The notes under the pieces: model-generated | Told to the model about the DNA's origin: nothing | The model's database searches: none | What the model saw: the letters and a program-made list of their open reading frames with translations, nothing else | In this document: piece after piece, positions 25,591-40,853 of the stretch | Layout: each line of letters begins with the position of its first letter | How positions within the stretch are numbered: the stretch's first letter is position 1 | Translations under genes and position numbers: made by a program | From: Tubiluchus corallicola | Lineage: Eukaryota > Animalia > Priapulida | Assembly (NCBI GenBank): GCA_030141605.1 | Contig: JAQGDQ010001021.1 | Coordinates: 1 to 64,000, forward strand | Direction of reading: 5' to 3' | Length of the DNA stretch: 64,000 bases

Positions 25591-26849
25591 AAACCTACCA
25601 TTTTTGCTCTTTGTTGTCCTACAATCTTCTGGCAACCTTACGCAAATCATTTCTAATTACGCTGAATCTTTATAATGCTTATTCCACACCCTGCAATTAT
25701 CCAAATACCATGCTTGAATCTTGTAATATACTTCCTGATTACGGGGTCCCTCTTTATTGTTTTACCATCATCTGGTAACCTTATGCAAACCTCATCTAAA
25801 CACCAACAAAGTTTACAACCCTTAACTCCAACCCAGCAATTAAACAAACGGTGCCCATTGCTACCTGTGGTTGGGGTATCAGTGTGTAATCACTAAATAC
25901 CTGGTCGAGTCTCTTCCTGCAGATGTAACAGCTTAAATGAATCCTTCCAAAACGTACAATTTGTCTTAAACCAGTTAGTAAGTACTGTAATTTGACAACC
26001 TGCAATGTTTGCCAGTTGTCTGACCAATGGTCAGTAAACAATAGACCTGGCGTTGAAGAAGATTGACCACCATATAGTGGCAGCGTGAATTCTGTTTGGC
26101 GGCCTGAATACAGTCAAGCCCAGATCAGAGGAAGGCAGCAATTTTGGCCAAAAGATTAACTGCACCGCATTGTTTTTTAACCATATGGATAATTCCTTGT
26201 CCTGCTGGTACGAACAATGGCACCATTGTTCTCAAAGGGTTCTGGAACTTCTATCTGAGCGGATTAACTAAACTTTCCTAGAGATGAACATACGCTTACG
26301 AGAATGGACCACAATGCAGGTTCCTCAGGACAGAGGCGGGATGATACCATCAAGGTAACCTCCCAATCAGTTGCATAAACCCGGGTCATACGTTGCTTGA
26401 TGTATACAACAATTACGTAGTATGGATGTTGCGTTTTAAACAGACAGGCCGTGGTTAACGCATTGCGAACCTGAGCAAGCCGGGTAAACAAAGCGATTAC
26501 ATTAAGCAGTCCCAATGTGTGAATGCCACATCACCTTGTTATACGGATCTGATGAGACAGCCTTAAACGATTCTCACAAAACCAGTTCAGATATTAATGC
26601 ATTATGGATAGATTTCCAATTGTTGTTGAAAGTAGTGCACACATAATTCACGTCTGAGACACCTTCCCTTCACATAACAATGCAATACAATGTTAGAAGC
26701 AGTGTTAACGTCATATATTATGTGTCCATACTGAGCAAAGAAATATGAAATTACAATTTAAACCTATAATTCTAGTCATCACAACACGATAATGCGGCAG
26801 TCGTGCGCAGCTTAAATAACATTGCGTTTACATTTACGTTTTGACTCAT

Positions 26850-27075
26850 GACTCTGAAGAAGGACTATAAAAAGTGTCCTTAATCTTAAGCTGTTCTTCA
26901 CTCTCTCTAAGACTACCAAGTGATTTACCATTATCAGTTACATTATCAAGAGCACCTAAACGCTGCTGGCTATATATATAACATATAAGGCTAATTGTTG
27001 CGTTAATATGACCATAACTTGTCGAAATGCTGCAGATATTAGTGTCTGAACAAAAGCCATGTCTTTACTGAAATG
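26850..27075 (+). mobile_element. Decayed Penelope-like pseudo-LTR relics
   Basis: CTGAAGA-A-GGAC...GTCC at about 26853. TATA run, then TGAC-cataactt-GTC-GAAA at about 27008, then AAAAGCCATGTCTTT. Related inverted copy at about 28800-28870. Confidence 0.4.
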
Positions 27076-27107
27076 GCTATTTCACTTTGAAAATTCATTT
27101 TCCGAAA

Positions 27108-27153
27108 CACCAATCAGTTAAACACTTAATTATGTGGCCGAATAAAGCGAGTA

Positions 27154-27228
<75 letters not shown>

Positions 27229-27514
27229 ATATATATATATATAAGTCTGTGTCTTTGGTTTAAATTATTGAGTTTGACTTGCGTAATTGTGTTCTTGATA
27301 ACGCGGTAGAGGTTTTTTGTAGCGCTGTATATGTGTGAAATTGTATCTTTATAACTGTTGTGTGCACTGCGTGGTTTGTAATTGTGATTATCCAATAAAA
27401 TATCTCATATATATATATATATATATATGTATACCGCCTATATATGGGTGGATGGATGGATGGATGGATGGATGGATGGATGGATGGATGGATGGATGGA
27501 TGGATGGATGGATG

Positions 27515-27592
<78 letters not shown>

Positions 27593-27600
27593 CAGATAAG
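27108..27600. repeat. Short retroelement 3' end with (ATCT)n tail, followed by (TA)n, (GATG)n and (GATA)n
   Basis: CACCAATCAGTT...GAATAAAGCG is also found at about 29025-29067. Confidence 0.75.
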
Positions 27601-29089
27601 GAAAGCGAGAAAACGAGAGAAAAAGACCAAAGAGATGCATAGCAACGTGGGCAGCGAAAACTGTCAGAATTTCACAAAACTCTAAACGCTTAAAAATAAC
27701 TCCTTTCGAAAACAAAAAACCGCGCCAAATGACTTTTTAAATGCTCCTCGGACGGTATAATTTGGATTCCCCCGCTGAAGAGAAACTCATTGAACACAGC
27801 GGCCCGTCACAGCTGTGAAAACCGTGGAGTTGGCCAAGCAGTGCTGTGACACACATCATCGTGACAGCCAACACTGACAGATGAGTTTTCAATGACCTCC
27901 CAACAAATTACACTGTCCTTCGGGCTCAGTGCGAAATTGTCTTCTGTTAGCTTTTGTGTGTTCGGCCAATGAATATGCAATTTATTACCTGGAACCCCGC
28001 GCCGTACAGTCACGCTAGTTTTCGGAGGCATTGCCAGAGGTTTTATGATACGGAGAAATTGTACGAGCCGTCTGAATGTGTTTGCATAGGACATTCCCTA
28101 GAAGAACTAGACAATTTGACTTTTACTCTCTGTTTTACAGCCGCCAGGTAAAAAATACCGAGGGTAATTCATTAGAGAAGCTAATGACCGTTAAACATGT
28201 GCAGCTTGAGAAGATTGAAGACATTTGAAGAAGAAGCGACCTATGCCAACAAAATCGAATACCCTGCACATTTGATCCTGCTGATAGTGAAATTCATGGA
28301 TTCAAGAATGGACTGCAGCAAGGAGGCCAACAAGATGGGTGTCGTCGTAGTGCCAGACAATTTCTCAGAAAAAGGAAATCGAAAAAGAAGAAAAATGCAA
28401 GAATGCATGATTTCATTTTTTAGTTGAGCAAGTGTCACACATTATTATTATTGTAGAGCCAATGTTGCCCACCATTCTGAAAAGAGATTGGTGAGAAATA
28501 TTGTAACACATCCATGTTCCAGGAATTGTTATATGGACTTAATTAGATAAACTGCTTCTACTTCTATCAGCCTAGTGCTACCAGGCAAAAGTCATTATAA
28601 AAAGTGGCTTCTTGCATTGTACAGTACCAGAGTTGTCACTAGTTAAAGTCAATGCAAAAAACACGAGATGGACAACAGCAAAAAAACCATCAGGAGTGCA
28701 ATGTTTCCATACTCCCTATTGTGGATAGTTGTGGATAGTTACACTGAACGTAATTAAACACTTCGAATAAAAATCACAGGTAATCGGGCAGCATCCACTT
28801 GAGCAAAGACATGGCTTTTATTGGGACACGAACATCAGACCAGTTAGGGTCATTTCACACAACAATCCACTGAATAAAACACGATCCGTGGGTTTACAAT
28901 TTTGTATTTGTCTTGTTTTTGATGTTTGACACTTTTATACGTTGTATTTTTAATTAGGTGGTTTTATTGCATGTACATGTATTTGCTGGCTGTAATTTTC
29001 ATCTTAAGAATTCTTTTTCCCCATCACCAATCAGTTGAAAACTTAATTGTGTAGTCGAATAAAGCGATATATAAACAATCGAATGAACA

Positions 29090-29410
29090 GTGCGCGGTAA
29101 AAATGGCACAGGTAAAAGTGGCGCAGGAAAAAAGGGCACGAATGGAAAAGTAGGTAAAACGGGCACAGATAAGATGGAAAAACCTGTGCCATTTTTACCT
29201 GTGCAATTTGCACCTAATTTTCCTTTTTCCCGTCTGTGCCATTTACCAAGTTTTCCAAGTGTGCCCTTTTTCCTGTGCCATTTTTACCGATTCATTTTTC
29301 CTCTTCCATTTTTTATCTACTTTTCCATTTGTGGCGTTTTTCCCTGTACTATTTTTACCGCACGATTTTTTCCTGCGTCATTTTTACCTGTGCTATTCTT
29401 GCCCACGTTT
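29090..29410. mobile_element. Mutator/Foldback-like MITE with modular (GGTAAAAATGGCAC)n inverted arms
   Basis: Arrays in opposite orientation; candidate 9-bp TSD gaatgaaca/gtaagaaca (7/9). Confidence 0.65.
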
Positions 29411-30404
29411 GTAAGAACAACACGCAAAAATGGAGTTGACAAAAATACAAAAAATCACGAGCACGCTGCAGAAAGTAACGAAACATACAACAAAGAACAT
29501 AATGTAACAATCGAGAAAACAATGAAACAGTTGCAAGCATTCACAATGGCAATTCGCTGAACAATGACTCGTTAGACAAATGCAGGTTTCAGACTGTCTA
29601 GCACTGGGGGCATCCGAAATTACCCTATTGTTCGTGCAGCTAGCTACGGTATTGTTTCAACAAGCCGTGCGAGAAGAACGGGAACTCTATCAGGGATAAT
29701 TCCCCAATTCCAGGGGTTAAGTGCGCAAAGTGAGTTTACACGCTCAGCAAACAGACCTTCGGGTTCTTCAGAACAGGATGATAATCATCGTAGAGAGATC
29801 AATCACCACAACAACCCAACTGAATCGCTGCCAGTGACTATGAAATTGCTCTCCAATTATTATCAATTTCACCTCTAAACTGTCATGGCTGACTAACCTT
29901 CGGCAACTTTTCTACTCAAAATGTTACAATCTGTCCATTCACGCCGAGGGAACCACAAACAATTGGGTCCTACCGCCCGTTAAACGAACGGGGAGTCGTT
30001 GGAGGTGCACGACTAGGAAAAAAGCATCTCCCGAATGTGCACATAGCTCGACGAGCAACCCCCCCCTCTCCCAGCTGGGGGCTACCAAAAGGCACCTTTA
30101 AAAGATTTTTGAAGGAGCCACTGGGTTACCGTTGCAATAAACAACATCAAGCTCGTTGTAATGGTTCCTAAACGCCTCGTCAAAGCCAAAGGCAAGACAA
30201 AGATTGGGGCAAAGGCAATACTTGATTGCCGTCGTAATAGGCTGCAGCAGCAGACTAAGTTACTAAACACTTCATCAAAACCCAAAACCCTCACAGACAG
30301 AGATGGGGCGCAGTTAATACCAACTAAGCGCCTCATCAAAACCAAGACACAGAGATGAGGCGAAGCAAATACCAATCAGTTGGTAATTACAGCACAAAAA
30401 GTAC

Positions 30405-30883
30405 TATACGTTTTACACCTCAAATGTAGACACAGGAAAGTTCAAATGTGACTTTGGTAAGTCAAACGTAGACAAAGGAATTTCGAATGTGTTTTGGTAA
30501 CTCAAATGTGACTTAGGTAAGTCAAATGTAGATGCATTACTTTGAATAAATCGGTAATTAAGTTATTTAAGTGCAAATTAGAAAAATATAAACCAAAGAT
30601 AGTGCATCTATTAGTAGGCCTATAACGTTGTTATTTTAACTTAGGAGCAATTATTAAATTGAAATTAAAGAAGATTAAATTTAACATCCTTAAGATACCA
30701 ATGTCACATTTGACTTGACATGTGTCTACATTTGACTTACCAAAAACGCTTAAGATTTCTTGAAAACCATTGTTAACACATTTGAACTACCTACGTCTAC
30801 ATTTGAGTTACCAAGACACATCTGAATTACCCAAATCTACATTTGAGTTAACGCAGGTCTACATTTGACATGTAAAACCTATA
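30405..30883. mobile_element. Unclassified TIR MITE with internal TCAAATGTAGA repeats
   Basis: Left end TATACGTTTTACACCTCAAATGTAGAC; reverse complement of right end TATAGGTTTTACATGTCAAATGTAGAC. Confidence 0.75.
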
Positions 30884-30946
30884 CTTCAAAGAATGTCATT
30901 CTTTAGGTATCGATAATTACATGAAGTTTTGCAGTGAAATGAATTA

Positions 30947-31429
30947 CCGTATTTTCCCGTGTATAAGAGACCCTTTTTTGCTCAGAATTTTCACTTTAAA
31001 AATAGGGGGTCTCTTATACATGGGAGTAAGTCTTTTCAATAAGATGCATAAATTGTGACACTAATGATTTTAAAGAAATAAGTGCTCTACAACTGTTTTA
31101 TTTCGAATAATTATAGTTTCCTTTCAATAAATCTTCTCCATGGCTAAATTCTAATGATAAAATTAATGTACCGGGTAAGTTATTATTTTTTTAAATGTCA
31201 AAAGAGGACAATGCCATTTTTGAGCAGAGTGACTCCTCTGATGATGAACTGGCTGGAATTGCTGAAGGTCTGACTCCAGTTGATATTTTTGATGAGAGTG
31301 ATGAGGAATTTAATGATTTTTATGATGAATAAAGTTATTCATTACCAAAAAACTTTTTTCCAGAATTTTTGCCTAAAAATTGAAGGGGTCTCTTATACAC
31401 AAGGGTCTCTTATACATGGGAAAATACGG
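30947..31429 (+). mobile_element. Tc1/mariner superfamily (Tc2/pogo-like) MITE, copy 1
   Basis: TA TSD; 27-bp TIR CCGTATTTTCCCGTGTATAAGAGACCC; retains an acidic frame EDNAIFEQSDSSDDE...DIFDESDEEFNDFYDE*. Confidence 0.92.
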
Positions 31430-32182
31430 TAATCTGTAAATAACAGGACCAAGAACATAAACAAACAACCGCACTGCACCCCTGCGCCCTCTGCATGACG
31501 TCAGAATACCCAAAATAAAAACGCAGTTAAGTGGTCCATTTTCTCGCAAGCAGATAACTATCATGTGGACAGGACACGAGCCGTGGGACGAAACACTGAC
31601 CAGTGCAGCAAAATAATCCGATATCCTAGGCATTTCAACATCAACAAGGGGCTTGTAATTGAGACAGTGTAGGCAAGAAGAAGTCTAAAAGCAGCGGGGA
31701 AAACTGTAAACCAAGAACACTGTAACAGCTGTACAGAGAACCCAAGCGACTGATGGAAACTGTTGCAATATTTCACCGGGAGCGCAAACCAACTCGACAC
31801 AGGACCCATTGTCATTGGGCACAATCACTGGCCATTTACTGACCGGCACAGCTTTGTCCAAAACCAGGCCACGATCGCCATTACGTTTCCCAATGTGACC
31901 AGAATTCATTCACTGCCTCGCCAAACGTGATGGGCGGTTATAAACTCGAGACAGAATAGACTCTTCAATGGACTGTACAAGTAGTAGTAACACATCCTTG
32001 CAGATGTTTCACAGATCCTCAGGTGCGTTAATTAGAATAATAAGCAGGTAAACCTGTCCGCTTAATTATGGATATGTATCGTGTTTCTCAATAATGATAA
32101 TAATAATAATAGGTGTGGTCAACTACTTATTCACTAGAAATCGTCCAGTAATTAAAAGTTCAATGTGCAGAGGGATTAACGA

Positions 32183-33260
<1,078 letters not shown>

Positions 33261-33434
33261 AATACGAGGACGAGCTGTAGATTATGTGGCATTAGTAAGT
33301 GATGCTATCACCAGCTACACTAGTAAACTTACACCAAATAAACATTTTTCTCAAAACCCCTTGAGCGAAAGTTCACAGCGATCTATATCAAACCGAGCAA
33401 TGGATACAGGGAGGCTTAAATTCAGAGCAAAGCA

Positions 33435-33985
33435 AATGATGATATTGATGATGATCATGATATGATGATGATGATGATGATGATGATAATAATGATGACG
33501 ATGATGATGATGATGATGACTGACTGACAATGGCGATGATGATATTGATGATGATGATGATAATGATGATGACGATGATGACGACGACGACGACGACGAC
33601 GACGATGATGACGATGACAATGACATGATGATGGTGATGCTAGGATTGGTGTTGGCAGTGAACTGTGGTGGCAATAGTAGTGGGGATGGTAATGATTACG
33701 ATGATAATAATGATGACGATAATGACGATGATGATAATATTGAGGATGATGACGATGATGATGACGATATTGATGATGATGATGACGATGATGATGACTG
33801 ACGAGGACGATGATGACAATGACAATAATGATGATGGTGATGCTGGGATTGGTGTTGGCGGTGACTGTGGTGGCAATAGTAGTGGGGATGGTAACGACTA
33901 CGATGATAACGATGATGAAGTTAATGACGATGGCGATGAAAATTACGTTGTCAATGATGGTGTCAAGAATGATGAGGACAACGGT
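33435..33985. repeat. (GAT/GAC)n low-complexity block with a ~200-bp higher-order duplication
   Basis: GGTGATGCT.GGATTGGTGTTGGC at about 33633 and about 33836. Confidence 0.9.
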
Positions 33986-34408
33986 GGGCACCATGACAAC
34001 CAACTAACATTCTCCATATCACAGCCACAACTTATCTAATCTGCATTCTATCGCCGTCCATAAATCAACTTAATGGCAGGGCATTATACCCGGGCTATAA
34101 CTTTACCTCCACTGCACACAGCGCGTAAAGCCCCCTCTAATGCCGAAAAGTTGTAAACTAATTTACTAGCGCGGAGGAAAAACTGCCGCACAAATTCGAC
34201 GCAGATGTGGGAAGACATGGACACCGGCAGTTTACGAGGAGAGAAATAAAAGAGGGGTTACGTGTACAACCTGGTCATAAAAGAGGAGAACAATGGCTGA
34301 CAGACGTGCATGTTGACTTTAATGAAAGGGTTTGTATTACATGTGACTATCTGCCAGAGCACACACATGAGAGCGATATGACAGTACGGGCTTTAGTTAG
34401 AGCTAGTG

Positions 34409-35057
34409 AGTTTAAACATAAGGTACTATAGGATTGGATCAGACAGTTTAAAAACATGATATGGGATCGTCACCACAACAAACTACATACACTATTTACG
34501 AAAACTTTAACAGTAAGAATTGACTATACGTACACAAGCTGACAAATTTCACCACAAGACTACTTGAATATTAGCAACCTTTACAGTAAAAATTGACTAT
34601 ACGTACACACAGCGTATACATGACTTTAAATTTCGTACTAAGCGCTTCCAGTAGCTTCTAGCTGTTGAGATGCATCAGCCTTAAATATTCGTACATTAAT
34701 ATTGTTTAACTGCCATTAGTTACTAATATCTAATCTAATCTTGTTTTGTCAGCTTGTGTACGTATAGTCAATTTTTACTGTAAAGGTTGCTAATATTCAA
34801 GTGATCTTGTAGTAAAACTTGTCAGCTTGTGCAGGTATAGTCAATTTTTACTGTAAAGGTTGCTAGTATTCAAGTGATCTTGTAGTAAAACTTGTCAGCT
34901 TGTGTAGGTATAGTCAATTCTTACTGTAAATGTTACTAATATCTAATGTAATCGTGTGGTGAAACTTGTCAGCTTGTGTAGTTATAGTCTATTCTTACTG
35001 TAAATGTTACTAATATCTAATGTAATCTTGTGGTGAAACTTGTCAGCTTGTGTACGT
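34409..35057 (-). mobile_element. CR1-group LINE family A, copy 3, with 5' inversion
   Basis: 34409-34610 is the element 3' end on the minus strand. 34613-35057 is the upstream part (ORF stop and 74-bp repeats) on the plus strand. Confidence 0.85.
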
Positions 35058-35901
35058 GAAACAATCGAATGCAACAGCAACAGCAGCAACTAAAACTCTG
35101 AAATGCGTCTCTTTGTGAGCCTAGCTGTTATGATCAACGAGTTCCACTTCGCCCAATCGAACTACTCCTCAGTGCCCTTGGGCTACAGACGCAGGTCTGG
35201 GAAAGTTGCGATTAGGACCTCCACAACATAAGCGCCGGGGAAAAATGAGGACTCGGAATTAAACCCTCTCCATCACTACAAGGAAGTGCCCATTATACAC
35301 GAAGATTGGAATTTATTCTCCTAGGAAGAAAAAGGCTGTAAAAAAGCCTCGTGGCGACGACAAGATGAAAGGATGTCGCCACATTCTCCACGACACCTTG
35401 ACAAGTCTAATCCCTCCTCAATGCTCTCATCGAAATGTTACAAAACCACTGACAATGCAGCTTCCTCCTCGGCTTGAAAAGAGTTTATTACAAGTTGGGG
35501 AGGCCGGCTGAATGGCGGAGCTGGCTCTCCGCTGATCCTCGGCAATATATCCGAGGTAAACGCCAAGCTACGAGGGGATTAAGACGCCACAAAGACGGGA
35601 TTGTGGGCCAGATTTGTGTGGACATTGTGCGGCACTAATCCCGTATTTAATGGAATCACGGCAAACGTCGCCATTCAGTGAAGAAAGTCGATGAACAGAA
35701 ACTTTAATTTCCTATAAGCACGAATAAAGACAGTCCAGTGTCCAATATCCTACTTTGAAAAGGCGCATTTTTACATGTCAGTTTAACGAGCATGATCAAA
35801 AGTCCTTTTTTGTAGTGAACTATGGACTGAACCAAAATATCACAACTCTTAATCAGTCAGTAAACATATATGTACTTCTCCTAACAGTGGACATTCTAGA
35901 T

Positions 35902-36028
35902 GTCAATGAATAACTTATAAAACCAGTTTTTTCTCTCGAGCCTCTTGCCCATGGAATTCCCTACCAATGAATAACTTATAAAACCAGTTTTTTCTCTCGA
36001 GCCTCTTACCTATGGAATTCTCTACCAA
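35902..36028. repeat. About 62-bp tandem duplication
   Basis: CAATGAATAACTTATAAAACCAG occurs twice. Confidence 0.9.
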
Positions 36029-36132
36029 AAACATCAATAGAAATCAATCAATCCATCACTAGCAAATGAATTCTATTTGGTGCCGGTGGTTTCGGTGATG
36101 ACAACGACGATGATGATGACGACGACGACGAC

Positions 36133-36164
<32 letters not shown>

Positions 36165-38345
36165 CGATGATGATTATGACGATAATGATAATGACGATTA
36201 GGATGATTACGATTTAAACTTTATAAAAATTCTCAGACAAATTAGCTGCTGGCTAATTCCAAATACCAAAGCACCTATAAAGCATTTAGTAAGCATTTCG
36301 CAACACATTGCCAAGCAAAATGGTATAGTTAATGAATTGCCAGCAACTACGCGTCTGTCGTCAAGGCAACATTAACGCCATCATTTGTCACTGGACGTGG
36401 ACAGGGTTAGAATTAGAACTGGACAGACAAGGGTGATATATTGGTTTATCTATATATCATTAACAGTCACTAAGTGTAGCCACGATGCCTACATTAACTA
36501 TTATATGTGTTGGGCAGCTGCTCTGTGTAGTGGAGATTTTGTCAGCCATGACAGAAAATTTAACTGAGTGCTGGTACATTGAAAAGGTTAAAGAAAGACA
36601 GGATGATTTTTCATATACTACCTCATTTTCGAGTACGGTGAAAAATATACTTTTTAACACCATTGTAAAAGCGATTCTGATAATTAAATAATAGATTAAA
36701 ATCTTAATTAACAGCGGGCGACCCCAACTAGTGATGACATCACAAACTAACATGATTTTCAACAGCAAAAATATTCAACGAGCGTGTTGCACGTGTTTAC
36801 GAAAGCGAAAAGTGAGGTACAGTGCTACTGTAAGATATTCGGTGTGTTGTAATGAAATTCGGCACTTTTTAAGGTAAAAATTCGAATTTCGAAATTACCG
36901 CATGAGCTGTCGAACGTATGCACTACGTCACAACTCGACACCTTTGAACTGAGAGGTACAGCACCTGTTTTTTGTGCATAACATTTACGAAATGATAGCA
37001 TTAGTGTCCGTCTACCTAGCGGAAAGCGATGCATGTAACAGCAAACAACAACAACAGCAGCCACAGCCACTGTCACTGCCACTGCCACTGTCAGTACTAC
37101 TACTACTAATCCAAAATACACTCGCCTGCCTCTTCCATTACTTAAGAGATTACTTCAACAAATTGCATTACAAGATTATCGCCATTAAATTATGAATCAG
37201 TTCGAATACAAAATTAAGCATTGCAACTATGACAAAACTTTGGCCAATTATGAGCAAAGTTATTTGATGAAAGCCGTTCGCAATTTGCTAGAAAACAAGA
37301 AGCCATATCAAAATATAATGGCTTCGAGAGACCTGAAGCCAGTGTAGTACACTGTTAATACACAAGCTAGCCAGCAAGACGAACTTAATGTTTACAGCAA
37401 ATTCAATAGAACTAAAATGCCGTAAACACTAAAACAGCTACTGCAGGGAAAGGCAATAAAACACAAAGTCACGACATAACAGACTGTAACACTGCAATTC
37501 ATAGATATAATGCAGCAGGTCATAGACCACAGTTATGTAGTAAAGCTGAATGCAGTTGAATCAATGATATTAAACCATATAGCTTTTATATATTTTGTTC
37601 TCTTTCCTAGCATGTTAAAGTAGATTAATAAAGATAACGAAAATATTCAATTATGTCACTTATCTAATTGCCGTGCAAACTGAATAACGCATAACTTTCA
37701 ATCATAATGTAACTTGTCTGCCTAGATAAATAAAACGCCTCAAAAAGTGTAAACAACAATAATCTCCTAATCACCCACAGATACATCTGATATTTAGATC
37801 ATTTAAAAGTCACCTATCTAATTACTGATAAGGCATCTTGAATAACATTTATATTTGAATAAATGTAATATATAAATATAACATCGTGTTAATATATAAA
37901 TAGATTTGTCTTCATATACGGTATACACGTACAATTTATTAACTACAGACTCGAAAACACGTCACCTATCTAATAGCCAGTCTCACCAAACAACATACCG
38001 CTTTCATCATCAAAATGTAATTCATTTGTCAAATGTGAAATTGCATAGTGCCAATTTCTTAACTTATGGCGTGTGTATTTTTACATTCGAACAGTTTTTC
38101 TTCAAAAAGCAAGCATCGCACACCACAGAGATATTTGCTACATATTCAAAATTCCACATTCACAATCAGTACATCACGCAGAACACGAACGCTTCAGGTA
38201 TATCTATGGCCGAGTGCTGCAGTGTAGGTAATAAATGGCTCTCTGGAGGATAGACGCCACAGATATAAATTAGTAATGAAGATAAAATGCTGTAAATACA
38301 GCGTGGCGATACAAAAAGCAAATGTTACTAGACAAACTCCCACAG

Positions 38346-38628
<283 letters not shown>

Positions 38629-39699
38629 ACTATTAATGTTTTAAGTCATTTTGAATCCTATAATGAATATAAAGTTTATTTGCATTTCAGTTCGTTTTGC
38701 AAACAGGTAATTCGCAGAACTGTAGTGGACTGAAGAAGCCTGGAAGACGAGTAAAAATTCCTGCCACCAAAGGCACCATGAAGTGTACGAGTTCAGAGTA
38801 CCACCAATAAAAAAACATTGTGACCCACTGGAGTTAAATGTAAAGTTTTTTCTTCCAAGCGCCACTGTCAGGGGATCAGCAAATGAAAGAAAATCTGAAT
38901 GCACTGAAAACGTAATTAACAGGTATCACCAAGAGGCAGAGGGGTGAAAAGCGAAAAAATAGAAACAGTAACATAAATTTTAACGCTTAGCAGCGTGAGA
39001 TTTAGTTGAAGAATGTGTGTCGGGAAAGGATTGGTAGGTATTACCTGTGGGGTTAGAGGTTACTACACCTGGACAGGTAAATAAATGAGATCTGTTCAGC
39101 ACAGTTTTCGGGATGAATGCACGCTTTTGTCAGAGGATTAAAGTCAGAAAGAAAAAACCTCAATCCTCAAACTGTCGACTTTTTCACGCGCGCGCCACGT
39201 GGCGGATCTATCGCAGGGTGCTCGTGTTGCTGGATCATCCGCCTCCAACCTGCAGAGGACGTCGCAAGGGTACCGAAAGGGAAACTTTGTTCTCGTCCAA
39301 TGTTGTAATATGAACAAAATGGGCAACTTCGAAGTTTGCAGGAACCTTTATCATAAACTATATTGGGAGGAATCCCAAAACTTGCAATGCCACAGGCTAT
39401 CTTTAAAAACCACAATTAGAACTAGCAACAACTTCAAAAAGTGGTCAAGTCGAGCACGAAAGCGCAAAATACAAACAATGTCTGCGTCTATGTTCTATTT
39501 TCATTAGATATACCAGTCAGTAAATATGACAGATTTATACAAACAAGTGCGCTAGCTCTTCTACTTGGAAGAGGTTGCAAATCATTTAAATACGGGATAG
39601 GTATAACTGATTCAGGTCTGTGTGTTTGCGGTTTGGGCAGTCAAACCCCAAGAACGTTTAATTTTTCATTGTCCGTTACCATTGGTTAGAAAAGATATA

Positions 39700-40020
39700 A
39701 GAGTGAATCTCGAACGCAGCTTAGAAAATAATGACATTCCAAACATTTAGAGAAAGAGAGATACTAATGTAATTAAAATGTATATAGATATTGTAAAAGA
39801 ACTAACCCAAAATGATCGTATAGTAAATTGATTATACACTGATTATAAATATTGGATATATATTTAGAATAAGTAAATCGTAATGCAAAATTGTCAGCTT
39901 GTTTAGTAAGTAATTTATTTAATGTACATAGTGTAAAGACTTATTTAACATTTTTGTACCTTTGTGCCCTGCAAATAGAGGGCTTGCTGTATAATTTTCA
40001 ATAAAGATTTTTAATAATAA
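39700..40020 (+). mobile_element. Probable LINE 3' UTR relic
   Basis: AT-rich UTR, hairpin GCCCT...AGGGC, AATAAA and (AAT)n tail. Confidence 0.4.
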
Positions 40021-40853
40021 CATGTTCAAAACAAAGATCTGGCTCAGAACTTCAATGAAGAATGTATATATATGTGGCTGTTACTGCAAAACGACCACAC
40101 AAAACTAACGCTCTTTATTCGAACCTGTGAAGATCCGATTTTTATGCACACCGCTGCAAACAAGGTCAACGGCACCATTCAAAATGAGGAGCCACATTAA
40201 AAAGGCACAGAAACGAACGCAAATATAGAGAAATGGATTTCATATAAGTGACTTGTTGCTGACAGGAGATATCTGCTGATGTCCTTCGTGAATTGAGTGA
40301 GGAAAGTAGTATTCGGACATAGAATTCCAAAGATAAGAATCCGAATGAAAAACTGGAATCTCAAAGTTTTGCAAGCAGCTGTTGCAACTGTTCTGCAGCC
40401 AGGAATGTCCATGTAACACTTTTCACGAAGTACAACTTTGTTAAGCTAACAAACGTAAGATTTTTACCATCAAAATTCAACGTTTTGTTAGAAATTTAAA
40501 AGTCAACGCGCAAGCTTCACTGTTCAGATGTCTATTAAACTCAAATCTGAAACCATAGCTCAATCTGACCATATTTACATAAACTCCAAACAGCTGTCCC
40601 AGATAAGAGAGTACATGTCAGTCTGAAGCCACCCACTGGCTTCCCAAGCAACAGCGCTGACAGGATTTCATCACCGTGCTTCGTCACCATCTTGAAGCCA
40701 TTCCTCCCACGGGGCTCCCGTCTCCTAATAACTTTCATAAAGAAGGGATTTCGTGGAGAAATCTGCGTGGAAATTGTTGTGATAATGTTCGTCGCTTGTT
40801 CGCTGTGTGGAATTGGACGGTAATTGCCATATAAGGAAGTGCAGATTTATCGA

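Noticed and set aside
25653-25847. Possible RTE-type ORF2 C-terminal remnant
   Set aside because: The resemblance (P..GK....P) is too weak to call without a search.
28115-28155. Plus-strand 7-nt microexon-like motif (ttttACAG|CCGCCAG|GTAAAA)
   Set aside because: Antisense to Eph with no partner exons found; compatible with chance.
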